A stretch of DNA of 64,000 nt from Octopus vulgaris (taxonomy: Eukaryota): positions 57,784,001 through 57,848,000 of the forward strand of contig OX597827.1 of NCBI GenBank assembly GCA_951406725.2, given 5' to 3'. Each line of letters begins with the position of its first letter. The first letter of the stretch is position 1. Positions 51,331 through 64,000 of the stretch are shown here, piece by piece. The translations under genes were made by a program, and so were the position numbers. Under the pieces are notes generated by a model, which saw only the letters and a list, made by a program, of their open reading frames with translations, was not told where the DNA came from and ran no database searches.

Positions 51331-52900
51331 ATGTGTGTCTGTGTTTGTTCCCCTAGCATTGCTTGACCACCGATGCTGGTGTGTTTACGTCCCCGTTACT
51401 TAGCGGTTCGGCAAAAAGAGACCGATAGAATAAGTACTGGGCTTACAAAGAATAAGTCCCGGGGTCGAGTTGCTCGACTAAAGGCGGTGCTCCAGCATGG
51501 CCGCAGTCAAATGACTGAAACAAGTAAAAGAGTAAAAAAGAGTAGGTCGTGCCTCACTAAATGGACACAAGCTAAACTGAGGTTCTGGCCCTCGTAATTC
51601 ACAAACACACCTTTTTGATTAACATCAAGAATTTGGGGGGACACTTCCCTTCACTCCATTATCATATACTTGGTCGCGACATCATTGATAGAAATTTTGT
51701 TCCCCAATTTTACCAAAATTATATTTTCCAAGCTTTCTGCATCTTTTTTGTTGATTTGAAAACATCTCAGAAATATCTCCTTCTTTTGTTTCTATTTTTC
51801 TGTTTTCATCAATATCTATGTAACACGCAATTTCGGAAACTTGATCTTCATGGGTAAAATCTGGGGTTGAAACTAGTATTATGCTAAAATATTTTGTATC
51901 CTTAATTTCAGAATATTTTTCTTGATGTTTTCACAAAAGAGATCGATTATTTCAGTCTGCCTTCTGCTAGACCAGTAGGTGACGTTTTTTTTTTTTTTTT
52001 CTCTGTTTTTCTGTTCCTCCTTGCAAGTGTTCTACTAAGATTAGATTATACTTAGCTAAAAGTCTGATCGTTGCTAAAATGTTTCATTGTTTTGACATAT
52101 TCTTTCTCGTCGACGCCTACGAAAAACCAAATTCTGTTCTGCCCGAAATTATGCAAAGACATCAATTCATTCAGTTATAGCTTTCCATTTTCTTTTTTCA
52201 TTTCATCAGAAATTTACTGTTGAAGTTCAGCATCTCTCGTAGTCAACCGTTAGAGTCGAACTACGAATTTCGGGTATTCGCACATATAAACTCCATGAGA
52301 AGGGCTTGTCTCGTAGTCTGATATTCGCGAATTCGGTTTTCCCTAAGTGAAGAAATCTTTCCAGTATGGAGAGTATAACAACCTTTTCTTCTCCCAATTT
52401 TCCTGTTTGTAGAAACTTTCTCAAATCACCGTTTGGAAAGGGATCTCCCATCCTTCTTAGCAAACGGACAGCTTTTATTTTGATATCTTTCAGGGCCATA
52501 TTGTACTATTGTCACTTTCAAGTTATCTGGAACCATTTTCTTCAATCAGCCAAAATTATTCCTTTGCAGAAATGTTCTAACATCTCCTTTATCATTTTCA
52601 CTTGAAACATCATCTTGACAAGGAAACTGCGGAGATAAAGTATTATATTGCGATCCCATATCAGAAGAATCCTCCGCGACTCCCACGTCATCTTTTATTT
52701 CCCATTCTTCCTCGTTGCTTCTTTCTACTGAGGCAATTAATGCATTTCTTTACCAGGACTCTTCTTCGACTCTGGTTCTCTCCCCCCACCACCACGTCCC
52801 CTATTGTGCGCTCCATTTGGTTGTGCTTTCTTCGAATTCAGTTATTTATACGGCTAACAATGTGGGCAGTTGATATCCTCCTCAGAGTTAAAGAATAGGA
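50140..52900 (-). pseudogene. Heavily decayed hAT (ZMYM1/Tip100-like) transposase, interrupted by SINE A
   Basis: Fragments MPGESTGVIGLTAQQQEMN..VEAVNRLKS, IELCDEIID and LLLTVAFSKPKLIKTYLKFSMS (dimerisation-domain-like). A TIR-like CAGTGGCG lies at 49578. Confidence 0.55.
51128..51543 (+). mobile_element. SINE family A
   Basis: Full-length copy. Confidence 0.9.
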
Positions 52901-52947
52901 GAAACCATAGGCATAACCTATAATATTATGACATTATTCTCAACACA

Positions 52948-53240
52948 TGTGGAGGCGCAATGGCCCAGTGGTTAGGGCAGCGGACTCGCGGTCTCGATTC
53001 CCAAACCGGGCGTTGTGTGTGTTTATTGAGCGAAAACACCTAAAACTCCACGAGGCTCCGGCAGGGGATGGTGGTGACCCCTGTTGTACTCTTTCGCCTC
53101 AACTTTCTCTCACTCTTTCTTCCTGTTTCTTGAGTAACGCTGCGATGGACTGGCGTTCCGTCCAGCTGGGGGGGACACATACGCCATAGAAACCGGGAAA
53201 CCGGGTCCATGAGCCTGGCTAGGCTTGAAAAGGGGCGTAT
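52948..53240 (+). mobile_element. SINE family D head with a different (V-domain-like) 3' part
   Basis: Head shared with 11737-12093, followed by CTGCGATGGACTGGCGTTCCGTCCAG...AGAAACCGGG. Confidence 0.75.
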
Positions 53241-54309
53241 AAAAAACTTCTCAACATATATGTAAGTACATGCATTCATGCACACGTTACGTGGGTACTC
53301 CGGCCACTCAGCCTCTAAAGACATTTTACAGTTATCTTTTCTGTATCTGTACAATTAACTTCAAATATATGTTGTGCATATTCAGTTATTCCTTACGTAA
53401 ATACTCGGTTTTACTTATTTCCTGCACTAATTATATTCGTTTGGTCGTTCGGCTGTTTGTGTGTATTTAGTGGCCTATGTTAACATAGCCAACAAGTTGT
53501 AAGTTAACGTTGGGCTTTAGTATTACTATTTGTAACGTTACAACTCATTGGTGTCGCAAGCAGACGGTCCGAATTTAAGAGAATTCTTCAGCGCTCACAG
53601 GTTCACCGCTATTTTACATTATCCTGATAAGCAATGTATGCAGTATTTACACGTAACAAGTTCTCTACTCTGGTTTCGCTTACAAAAACACTAATCAACA
53701 TTCATGCTGGCTTGTAAGACTATTTTTTTAGTGGCATGTGTGGAAAAATTTAATTTTCACCAAAAATGACACAAACCATATTTTTTTCTTACGTTACATT
53801 TATGAATGCAATGAATACATTGAGTAAATTCACTGTTTTTAATTTTGTTTTCCCAAATAAGTTACAAGAAAATTATCTTGATCTCAAGATAGCGTGTGAC
53901 GGACGGACGGACAGAGAAACACAGCTCTTATTATAATATAGATGATATATTGATTTCAAATTTTGGCACAAGGCCAGTAAGCTCGGATGAAGGATAACTC
54001 GATTGCATTGACCCCAGTGCTCAACTGGTACTTATTTTATCGAGCCCGAAAGTATGAGAGGCATAGTCGACCTCGGTGGGTTTTTGTACCAAGAACGTAA
54101 AGACGGACGAGATATTGCTAATATTTTGCCTGGCGTGCGAACGATTCTGTCGGCTCGAACGCCTTAGATGATACATATATCAAATATTGTTTTCGACTTC
54201 TCAATTTGTAGCTGTACTTATAGGATTTCAGTCTTTTACAATTAGTGCATTTTGGATAGAATCGTATTGTGAATTAAAGAACCGGATGTAGGTTGTTTTA
54301 AGATGTGAA

Positions 54310-54900
54310 AATTATTTAATTCTTCTGATTTTTCCCATAATCATCTGAGGAGTATTTCTTCTCAATGTATAGTCGAAAAATTTTTCGTGATATTCTTTCA
54401 CAGTGCCTGCGTAGATCCCTATCGCCGCATGTAACCAAATAAAGGGCAACATATATTGGTGAACTGTTGTTCCCATCTTGATGCTGAACTCTTGTCGGTA
54501 AAATAAACAAACTGTTATTTACCATAATCAAATTAATAGCTCCTAGAATAATGCTCTTGGGACATTTATTTTCAATTATTTCTATAAGTACGTCTAACCT
54601 TCTTCGATTGCTAGATCATGAAGGAAATGAGAGTAAAGATTTGTAACTTCAAAAGAAATTGGGACTGAGATTATTCCAGTTTTTTTTTTCTTTTCATAAA
54701 CAACTGAGCTATTATAGTGTATTCTATATAAAGTTATTGATTTGATATATGTAAAGTTTGTGAAGTTTTATCTAAGAATTTTCGTATTATATAGCTTTCA
54801 CACGTAAGTCCTGCAACAATGGTTCGCAGAATCAGTACTATAGATTTTTCGAATCTTGAGAATATAGAAGTACTTTTATTAGTTGGGGGAAAAAACGGGT
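54310..54900 (-). pseudogene. Degenerate Penelope-like RT
   Basis: LRTIVAGLTCESYIIRKFLD and FYRQEFSIKMGT resemble PLE RT motifs (LRPIVAGP.C.T..LS.FLD; Y.Q..G.AMGT). Confidence 0.6.
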
Positions 54901-54908
54901 AAAGAATT

Positions 54909-55444
54909 TCATTCATTCATTTTCTCCGCCCACTGTTCCTGGGAGGGTCATAGGGGGAGAGAGACTTCAGGCACCTCCTCCAAAGGGTCCTGTCAGAAAT
55001 AATCGTCATTAAACTTCCTGGCTGGATTCCCAAGCATGATCAACTGAAATTATGGATATTATTCAATTATTACAGTAATGCACTACCTCAAACATTCGAT
55101 CCTCAGAAGAGGAGAAGTTGATTCAAATAAAAAAATAAAAAACAGAAGCCAAATTTTCTATCTTCAGTTCGATTTTCGTGCTTATCCTTACTTATGGCTA
55201 TGAATGTTGAGCAATGGCCAAAATAATACGATCGCGAATGCGAGCAGCCAGAATGGGATTCCTCAGAAACACCTCTGGAATAACGTTACTCGACAGTGTG
55301 TAGCTCAGAGATCAGAGAATCACTACTTCTCTGCATTGAAGGATGACAGCAGCTCTGGCACTAGAAACATGTGACTAGAATGTTGCTGGAAAGAATCGCA
55401 AAACGGATTCTTCAAGCTGGGCTAAACGGCGGGAGACTTAAGGA
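54909..55444. mobile_element. RTE-clade LINE fragment with 5' inversion
   Basis: + strand AKFSIFSSIFVLILTYGYEC...MGFLR...HVTRM..ERIAKRIL. Minus-strand 3' end SCLGIQP...DRTLWRRCL with an (ATGA)n tail. Flanking TAAAGAATT repeat. Confidence 0.75.
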
Positions 55445-56849
55445 TAAAGAATTCCCAAACAGGAAATATTTCCCTAATCGAGTAACTGAATAATTATGAG
55501 GCAATCCAACGATTTTGTACGTATATCATGATTTAAAAATCCCGTGAAGTTAGTTTATATGAATAGATTTTTAAGATTGTAACGGCAGAGATTGATTAGG
55601 TACACATTATTATGATGAAATGTTGGAGTCAGTAGTTGTGACGATAAAATTTTGTTGTTATGACGGCATACTGTAGAATGTGAAAGATGGACAATGCATT
55701 AAGGAAATATTTATTTACCGTTACGTTACAATTGCCTTGCCTCGACGGGCAGGTTATGATAAATCCAAAAGCATGCGAAGTAAAGTTTGTGTTTGTGTCC
55801 TCTTCAGATATATTTAAAATGTCTTCGCCTTTCTCTCTGAGTTTTGAGTTTATTTCAAAAACTAACAAGTAAATATAAATGAGCTTTATATCAAATACAG
55901 CTCTTGACCTGTTTGCATATCTACGCGTAGGTTTACATGTATTATACCATACCTTGATACTGTGGACTGGGTTCCGCATTATTAAATAAAATTATTTTAT
56001 TATATTATTTTATAATATGCAGATTAGTGGATCCAGTTCTCCGAAGCTACTGGATTTGATGCGTATATGAAGCGAACTGGCTACCGGTTTCTCTGGGTTT
56101 GGGCAAGTAATGTAGACCACTGATGAGTCCCCAATAAGGGTGGAAAATCCTTCGTCATTACCAAATAGACAAATTTGATATGTGACATGTATGTAACTAT
56201 CTATCTATCGTGGTCAGAATATTTCCGACAGGTGTTCAGTCAACCGAACAACCAGATCCAGAGAACGAGTGTGTAAGCGGCTGAGTATTCCTCAGACGCG
56301 TCTACTTTTAATGTAATTCTCAGGCTGAACCTTTGAATTATAGGTAAGATTCACCTGACGAGCTTCCATACCGTTTCTGTCTACTCGAGTTCACTGTCAT
56401 GGTATGGGTCAACTCAAGGCTATAGGAAATGACACTTGCCGAAGATGCTACGCATGCGAAATGGACTTCTTCACCATTCGGCTATATGGCGCATGTATGT
56501 ATTTATGTATGTACGAGAGCGTGCGCGAGAGTGTGTGCACGCATGCGCGCGAGTATCGCCGACATATATCGGCAAAGGATGTAAACATCGGCGATGAGAA
56601 AAACGGAAAATTGGTGCTTCTGCAACGAAGTCCCTTGCTACACTTGTTCTACGCCGAACTTCAGGCACTTCCTTGTCCTTCTCTCCTACCAGAAAGTGAA
56701 CCAGTAATTGTTCAGTCGCTGACTTGTTATCAACGACACTGTTGTTGATGAATTGCAATACTAAGATAAATAATAGTTAGTTCGATAAAAGTATATCACA
56801 TGCGTATATCATATGTGTAGCCCCTTGTGGGCAATAAAGAAATAAAAAA

Positions 56850-57173
56850 AAGCATGATATCGCTTCTGCACCCGCCCTATTCGTCAGATTTAGCATCTGC
56901 GGACTTCCATCTCTTCTCCAAAATAAAAATGCAGCTCAAAGGTCACCGTTTTAACACCAGTGTCGAGATCCAGGGCGAATCGCAGAAAGTCCTCGACTCA
57001 CTTACGGAAAACGGCTTCAAGGCCGGATTCCAAAAGTGGCAGGAACGCTGGGACCGGGGTATTGCTGCGCAAGGTGACTATTTCGAAGGAGATAATGCTA
57101 AAACTTAGGTAAATAAGTTTGTTTTTTTTTTATTAAACATATTAGCCCTGGAATTTTTTTATACCATCTCGTA
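56850..57173 (+). mobile_element. Mariner transposase C-terminus plus 3' TIR
   Basis: HPPYSSDLASADFHLFSKIKMQLKGHRF...FQKWQERWDRGIAAQGDYFEGD, ending ...ATCTCGTA. Confidence 0.9.
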
Positions 57174-57774
57174 AGAGAAGGTAATTCCATACAAATCATG
57201 CAACCTGGTGCAATCTGGGTTCATGGCACATGTTGCCTCAGGCCAATACAAGTTTGAAGAACAAGAGAGTGGGATTGAATCTCCACACACTGAGCCCACT
57301 ATATTATTCATTATGCTGGTTGTTTAGCAAATCAAGACACCTACACCAACACCAACACCAATAACAACACCACACCAACACACTTTCCAAGTTCATTAGC
57401 GATAGGGAAAGAGGCGACGGGGATAGAAAGAGGATACTACTACAAACCTTCAGCTTTGACCTTGTACACTGATGGCAATAGGGTGATGGTGATTTTACTT
57501 GCTGAACCCTCATTTGTCGAAGCCCAGAGAGCGTTGACCACACTACTGATTCTGTACGTGTCACCTAGTCGACCAGGGTCCTGCATGTCACAGATTTGTG
57601 ATATGTAGGTCCCCGTTATGTTAACTACATGACATGCAGAAAGACAACTAGAATGCTATTTTTCCTGGTTGTTGTTTTGTCCCAGGTCACATCTGGTAGA
57701 GTAGACTTATGATCAAAGGTATTCAAATCATGACCATCCAGTCTTTTTAGGAGTGTGTAGTGGGTAAGGGGTAA

Positions 57775-58062
57775 AGACCCCCTTCGATCATGAGTGACCA
57801 TGGGATTGCACAAGTCCGGGCAAGGTTGTTATGGAAGACCAACAGTTACTCATGCATTCCAGCCTCCCCTCTTCGCGCCACCGATGTTATCCAAGCGAAA
57901 GGCAAAGGAAGATACAGCTTGGCACTAGTAACGTCAGCTGAGTAAACTGAAGCAACGTGAAATGAAGTGTTTTGCTCAAGAACACAACACACAGCCTAGT
58001 TCAGGAATCGAAACCACTACCTCAAGACTGTGAGCCCGACGCTCTAACCACTGAGCCATGCG
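57775..58062 (-). mobile_element. SINE family B
   Basis: Reverse complement of 2146-2486. Confidence 0.8.
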
Positions 58063-58084
58063 TATTATATTTAATGTGTCCTAT

Positions 58085-58312
58085 GCGGCGAGCTGGCAGA
58101 CACGTTAGCGCGCCGGGCGAAATGCTTAGTGGTATTTTTCTGTCGTTACGTTCTGAGTTCAAATTCCGCTGAGGTCGACTTTGCCTTTCATCCTTTCGAG
58201 GTCGATAAATAAAGTACCAGTTTCGCATTGGAGTCGATGTAATCGACTTAATCCCTTTATCTGTCCTTGTTTGTCCCCTCTATGTTTAGCCCCTTTTGGG
58301 CAATAAAGAAAT
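58085..58312 (+). mobile_element. SINE family C monomer
   Basis: Matches 18008-18240. Confidence 0.85.
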
Positions 58313-59792
58313 ATATATTTAATGTGTCCATTTCCTTTTCGTCATAAACGATGTAATATCCAGTTACATCGCTTTATAATGAATTCAAATCGCACCGAGT
58401 CAAATTTGTCTACCTTTTTTTTTTCTTCTAGGGTCGATAAAATAAAACATTAACTATAACTGATTAACCCCACTTCCTGTTCAGAAAATACATCGTTGTG
58501 CCTATGTTAGAAATCAATAATTATGTTATTACACTACAAATACGACTTCATGAATATAGAAATAAAATGTAGCTGAAATAATTTCAGAGAAAACTTATTC
58601 GAAAATAAACTTTTCAGAAGGCAAAAAAAAGAAGAAAAAAAAGGAAAGAAAGAAAATTAAAACCGACTTTAATAATAACATATCTGGTCAGTTACTAACC
58701 TGACAGAGAACAAACATACATCTCTTAGTGGAAGCAATCTCTCTTGTGTCATTCATAGTTGCCAATTCCAAATAAACTTCAAGAAAATGTGCATCCAAAC
58801 ATCATCTTATGTGAAACGATTGAACGGTTTTCATTCACTGTACGCATTCTTAAATGAAACTGAATCATAGCTATTTCAATATCAATGTCTAGTACACATA
58901 TTTATGTCAAATACTGTCAAACTTGTTTCAGTGAGCATCTAACCGTTGTAGCTATACTTCTTGAGACGCAAGGTTTTCAAACAAACCTGCTATTTGACGA
59001 AATTTCGAAGACAAAAACCAGTTGTATTGTCTGTGGCATTCCTTTGATAGCCCTGACAGATTATTTTATACGCCACCACTGCTGTCTCCTGGGAGTTATT
59101 TTGCTCTGTTTGCATTTGAAATCAAAATGGACAAACTTTGTGACGGAACCCTAATTAAATGTGAAATGACCTCTAAGTACATATAAAATTCACTCTGATT
59201 CTATATTACGTGATCACAAATACACACACGTATGTACTTATAATGGCTTAGTGCTCGTGAGTTCAACTCCTGGACCTGACGGCGCGTTGTACTCTGAATT
59301 GAGCCAAGCACATAATTTCAAGTTGCTTCAGTATACTCGGCTGAAATGCATACCAGCTGTCTGCTGGTGCAGCTCTCTATGTGCCTTCAGCTGTCACATC
59401 CTTGATATTCTGCTGGGCCGAGAGTAAGAAGGCCAAAAGGGTGTCTGTGTCTACTTCGACTACATAAGCACCGAAAAACACGCGCGTATGTGAATATATA
59501 ATCAGAGAGAAACTAGTTAAGTGTTTTGATGATATTGGTTTGTTAAGTGATACGCGGCATAGTTTCCGTCCAAGTAGGAGTTACATCATACAACATCTCC
59601 AACAGTACTAGTGGATACTGAAGTTCTCAACCAATGAAAGATACCGTATTTTAACATGTATAAGGAGCCCTCGTGCATAAGGAACTCCCTAATTTGGGGG
59701 TGGGGTTTAAAATTGGGGAAAAATGTCTTGCAAGGGATTATAATACTATCCATGTATAAGAAACTCCCATATTTTTTAAACCTAATTTTTGA

Positions 59793-60171
59793 CAGGAGTG
59801 GCTGTGTGGTAAGTAGCTTGTTTACCAACCACATGGTTCCAGGTTCATTCCCACTGCGTGGCACCTTGGGCAACTGTCTTCTTCTATAGCCTCGGGCCGA
59901 CCAAAGCCTTGTGAGTGGATTTGGTAGACAGAAACCTGTCGTATATATGTATGTATGTGTGTGTGTGTCTGTGTTTGTCCCCCCAACATCCCTTGACAAC
60001 CGATGCTGGTGTGTTTACGTCCCCGTAACTTAGCGGTTCGGCAAAAGAGACCGATAGAATAAGTACTAGGCTTACAAAGAAAAAGTCCTGGGGTCGATTT
60101 GCTCGACTAAAGACGGTGCTCCAGAATGGCCGCAGTCAAATGACTGAAACAAGTAAAAGAATAAAAGAGTA
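59793..60171 (+). mobile_element. SINE family A
   Basis: Family head, body and tail. Confidence 0.9.
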
Positions 60172-61444
60172 AAAAAAAAAGGGTTCCTTATACACGTTAA
60201 CATATGATAGTTGTGATATTTCTGGAGTTTGCAATATCAATCCAGTTATAATACTACAAGCTTTCTAACTTCGGCTCATTTTAGAGGCATGTGACGTTTT
60301 CGGGAAGAAGAGTGAAATAGTTGCAAATTGTTGAACTTTTCAAAGAAGCCCACACTATTGGATGAGGGCTTTCGGGAAACTGTCTGAAGGCTCCTTAGGC
60401 ATATGTTTATGATTTTGTGTAGCTTTGAAGTTTTGTAGATTCTTAGATTTTCCTGTTGCTTTTTGGGAGTCTAATAGAAAGAAAGTGTCAAAATCAGGTT
60501 TTAAGCGGTAGGTAAGGGGATTTTTTTTTTTCGTTCTGTGTTTCTGTCTTTGCAACGTTTTCTGTTGACTGACATTTGAGTAACACTTGAGAAGAACGTT
60601 TCCTTGAATTGGAGTGCAGTTGTGTCGAAGTTGATATAATGATGACATGGATGTTGGCGTTAATAGTTGGCATTGGTAATGTATATTACTCTATATAATT
60701 ATGTTTAGTTTACTTCAATCATTGCGGAATATAACAGAAACTCACGCACTGATTTTATTATATACTCTCTGAAGCATTTTGCCGTTTATTTTGTGATTTT
60801 TATGGAGTACAAATTTTGTCAATTTTCTGCGGTTTGTTGTCGTCGTCATCATCATCATCATCGTTCTTACCTCCACCTTAGCAATGGAGGATGTATTGGT
60901 TTTAGTCGTGTTTATTTGTCCGTGAACAAGTTATCTCAAGAACCGCAGGATGGATTTGGATGAAACTTTCAAGGATGTTTGGCCTCGTGACTGGCACGAA
61001 CTGATTAGATTTTGGGATCGATCCGGTACCGGACAAGGATTCTGGATTATTTGTTATATTTACTTTATTTTACATGAAGTATTACGAACTTACGTTTACT
61101 TTCAAGGCTTTCTCTGATTATCTCCCTTGAAAGCACGCTCATAGTTTCCACGTAAATTATGGTGGTGTTGCTGATTCCAAAGTTTTATTCCCATTTCCCT
61201 ATTATTAATTTTAATCGTGTCTCTATCTTAGCAGAAACTGATGGATAAAGAATCAAACTACATAAACAAACGACAGCAAAACCGTTAAGAAATTAAATAA
61301 CATTAACATATTCAGTAATAATAATAAATTTAATTTATCCTCGACAATTTTTAGTTTTACCAATTTTGAATATATCGCCCCTGTTTGAAACCTCTCACCT
61401 ACTTGACAATTGCATTTCTAACTTTGCCGTGAAAGAAGCTTTAC

Positions 61445-61605
61445 TTCTTGGACTCACGTTTTTGTGCTCAACGATGTTGTTAAACCTCTGTTAACAGCAC
61501 CGTATGTAGGTCCTTTCTGCTTTCTTTCACTCACAGATAAGCTTTTCACTATTGACCTTAATGATCATAAAGACACTATATCAGTGGATAGACTAAAAAA
61601 AGGCC
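61445..61605 (+). pseudogene. Gypsy/Ty3 integrase C-terminal (GPF/Y) fragment
   Basis: THVFVLNDVVKPLLTAPYVGPF...DKLFTIDLNDHKDTISVDRLKK. Confidence 0.75.
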
Positions 61606-61681
61606 TTCATAGAGAAAACTGTCCTTGTCCCCATTGCAGACGTTACACACACAGCATTACAAATATAGCCCGCATACCGTA

Positions 61682-61739
<58 letters not shown>

Positions 61740-62070
61740 GTTGTTCTTCCCTTGTTTAATTATTTGATGCTGGATGCTGTTACTTTTATTGAAATGAGGG
61801 TTTGTATTTTTTATGTTAACTTGTGATACATGTATATTTTTTTCTGTGTTAGTGGCTATGATGTTGTCGATCCTGTTTCCTCATAGATTTGCAGAAGATT
61901 TGGTTGCAGTTTTTAGTAGGTCATGCAACCATTTAAAAGTTCCTTTCTTTTTTCTCGTGGAATTTAGTGTTTCAGTAAGCTGGATAAGGAGCAAAATTCT
62001 ATACTTGAACTTCATTTGAAAACAATTATTGAGAGAAAATAGGATTTTAACACTGAAGTATATTTGCCAC

Positions 62071-62264
62071 CTAAATGTGGCTAACCACTAAGAGTGGGTG
62101 CTACTGTAGCTTGTAGCCCCAGGAGAACATCTTCTCCACTTGGCTATTGACACACTTTCTGTGCCCTATCAGTATTTGCAAAGGGAAGTCATCCTTCCCA
62201 TCGTCAACCTGACGTGATACGCACGGACTTGGGTTTCTGGGTATTTACCTGTCGTCAGCGCACG
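62071..62264 (-). ncRNA. PLE pLTR with hammerhead motif (62220-62264) and downstream hairpin module
   Basis: Minus strand CGTGCG-CTGACGA-caGGTaaatACCca-GAAA-CCCAAG-TC-CGTGCG. Confidence 0.65.
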
Positions 62265-62429
62265 ACAATCCCCGGTCTTCGATGCGAAGGGGTGCCAATG
62301 CAAATACATATATCCTTTTTCCAGTGACGAAAAGTCACTGATCTCGAAAAAGTGTAAACAAGCAATAATAAATCTCGGCACTGTTTAAATTAAACAAATG
62401 GAATTAAAACAATAATGCACCTGTATGTG

Positions 62430-62493
<64 letters not shown>

Positions 62494-62952
62494 TGTGTGT
62501 TGTGTGTGTTGTGTGTGTGTGTGTGAGAGTGTGTGTGTGTGTTGTGTGTGTGTGTGTGTGTGTGCCTAGTGATTTTGATGTGTCTGGTGAATTAGTGTTG
62601 TTTAGTATCAGGTGGCCTTATTCATTCAGATCTATAACCAAAAATCATTCCAGTACAGCTACCCAGTCTTTTAATCTGCCTTGGTACATCGAGGATCACA
62701 TTATCCAATGCATTCTTCTTTTCTAAAACAGTAGAGTATGATTCTAAGAAAATTAGGCAGCTATTTCGTCTAGTCAAGCAACTGCATATAGGCTTCCTTA
62801 CAGGCTTATGTGTAGACAAAGTCTCCTGGCTCTTTGACATTTAAGAGGCAACCCAGATGGTGAAGATATGTTACATGTAAGCTGAATAACTCTTTTCAGC
62901 ATCATTGTTCACTTCATTTACCATACAGGCATCATTGTAAAGAGTTGTTGCA

Positions 62953-63011
<59 letters not shown>

Positions 63012-63094
63012 AATGATGGTGATGGTGATGGGTGGCAGTGACAGTGTTGGTAGTGATGGCAGTGATTATGATGAGGCTGATGACATTGATGGCA

Positions 63095-63135
<41 letters not shown>

Positions 63136-63654
63136 AATGTGCATTTACAATGTGCAGCTGCTATTCTGGTTACCAATTCAAGGAGGCTATCAAAAAGCCA
63201 TTCTTCAGTTACACAAGAATGGTATTACAAGTATTTTATCTCCGCTTCAGAATATATCACTCTCAGTTAGTGTGCAGCAAATGCTGAAGAGCAAAAGGTA
63301 TGCTGTTAGCTGAGACTAGCCTGCAATGCGACTTAAGATTCTTGGCTGAAACTATTTCACTTTGCTTGCACTGCTATTACTATATGGGAGGGTATATGAC
63401 TACTACAGCCCTTACTCATAAGAAAGTACATCTTGGTAAAATGTATCATGCTTTTGTTTATTGTCTTGGGTGCCCAGGTAGTCATTAGCAAATGCAGACA
63501 CTCTTTGACCCTATTACCCTTCCCCTACAGTTATATCCAGGATGTATCAGCTAGCTGGAAAGAAGGTTGCAACTATCACTAACTCAATTTACTAATTTCC
63601 TCTTTAAAATATAAAACTTTTGTATTTCGTCATTGTTATGCTTATGCTGCTACT

Positions 63655-63989
63655 GAGACTCCTTCGGTCATGACTGACCATGGGATTGCAACTAGAATGT
63701 TGCCCTCCCAGGCACAAGTCTGGGCAATGATGTTTATGGAAGTCCAGCAGTCACCCATGCATACCAGCCTCCTCTCTCCACGCCACCAGTGTTATCCAAG
63801 GGAAAGGCAAAGGCCAATACAGTTTGGCACCTGTGATGCTGCAACTCATTCCTACAGCTGAGTGAACTGGAGCAATATGAAATATAGTGTCTTGCTCAAG
63901 AACACAACACGCAGCCTGGTCCAGGATTCGAACTCACAGCCTCACGATTGTAAGCTCGATGCTCTAACCACTGAGCAATGCACCTTCAC
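63655..63989 (-). mobile_element. SINE family B
   Basis: Full-length reverse-complement copy, with GTCATTGT on both flanks. Confidence 0.85.
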
Positions 63990-64000
63990 TTTGTCATTGT

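Noticed and set aside
62932-63313. Poly-Met/Asp/His ORFs
   Set aside because: (GAT)n microsatellite.

Overview
AT-rich, repeat-saturated eukaryotic (animal) non-coding DNA. The SINE families and the very high microsatellite load are consistent with an octopus-type cephalopod genome (inference). No intact host gene is evident; there is only one weak terminal-exon candidate at ~11.0 kb. Nearly all ORFs in the supplied track are microsatellite artefacts. Real coding signal comes from transposon fragments: a CR1-clade RT with an open frame, several Penelope-like element (PLE) RT/GIY-YIG remnants, RTE and R4/Dong LINE ends, mariner, pogo-type DDE_1+PHD and hAT transposase remnants, and a Gypsy integrase fragment. 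There are also four tRNA-derived SINE families, a TA-flanked MITE (3 copies) and Helitron-like elements. The most notable signal is an RNA-level system. About 10 type I hammerhead-ribozyme (HHR) motifs from several PLE pseudo-LTR families are present, including one extended canonical HHR (3121-3208) and compensatory core variants (U3-A8, G3-C8). Several HHRs sit in fold-back insertions, and three diverged families share a covarying multi-hairpin module downstream of the HHR. All structures were read by eye and none has been tested computationally or biochemically.
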